In this document: positions 15,965 to 15,979 of the stretch, one piece after another
Layout: each line of letters starts with the position of its first letter
How positions within the stretch are numbered: position 1 is the stretch's first letter
DNA from: Arcobacter sp.
GTDB lineage: Bacteria; Campylobacterota; Campylobacteria; Campylobacterales; Arcobacteraceae
DNA length: 15,979 nt
Reading direction: 5' to 3'
Assembly: GCA_965662175.1 (NCBI GenBank)
Contig: CBFIGT010000049.1
Span: 1 to 15,979, forward strand
Notes under the pieces: generated by a model
The model's database searches: none
What the model was told of the DNA's origin: nothing
Seen by the model: only the letters and a program-made list of their open reading frames with translations
Program-made: the position numbers and the translations under genes

Positions 15965-15979
15965 TAAATTGTAAAAAAT

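Noticed and set aside
1..15979. CRISPR array, tRNA, rRNA, prophage genes or long tandem repeats
   Set aside because: No regularly spaced repeats, cloverleaf or phage-like proteins seen by eye; intergenic gaps are short and accounted for.

Overview
Very AT-rich bacterial chromosomal window. Gene content, the AHQW(R/K)xPL kinase H-boxes and FqrB point to Campylobacterota, probably Arcobacteraceae (inference). Left to right: a TAXI-type TRAP transporter (binding protein plus fused permease, the latter cut by the window edge and missing from the ORF track) divergent from a sensor kinase/OmpR-family regulator pair; a DMT exporter; fqrB; queF; an HTH/coiled-coil protein; the SRP (4.5S) RNA gene; an orphan HAMP-PAS kinase; an internally deleted yqaA/DedA gene; a soluble hemerythrin-PAS-PAS kinase; modE; an extended 2[4Fe-4S] ferredoxin behind a sigma54-type promoter; a decayed IS1380-family element; and the 3' half of a WYL-domain gene. 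Most notable: (1) the O2-sensor/ModE/sigma54-ferredoxin block, whose promoter has the IS 4 bp upstream of the -24 box with no target duplication, possibly the stump of a nif or other molybdoenzyme cluster; (2) a direct repeat with pho-box geometry linking the divergent two-component system to the TAXI promoter; (3) a long leader hairpin that competes with the SRP RNA fold. All family calls come from motif recognition by eye; no searches were run.
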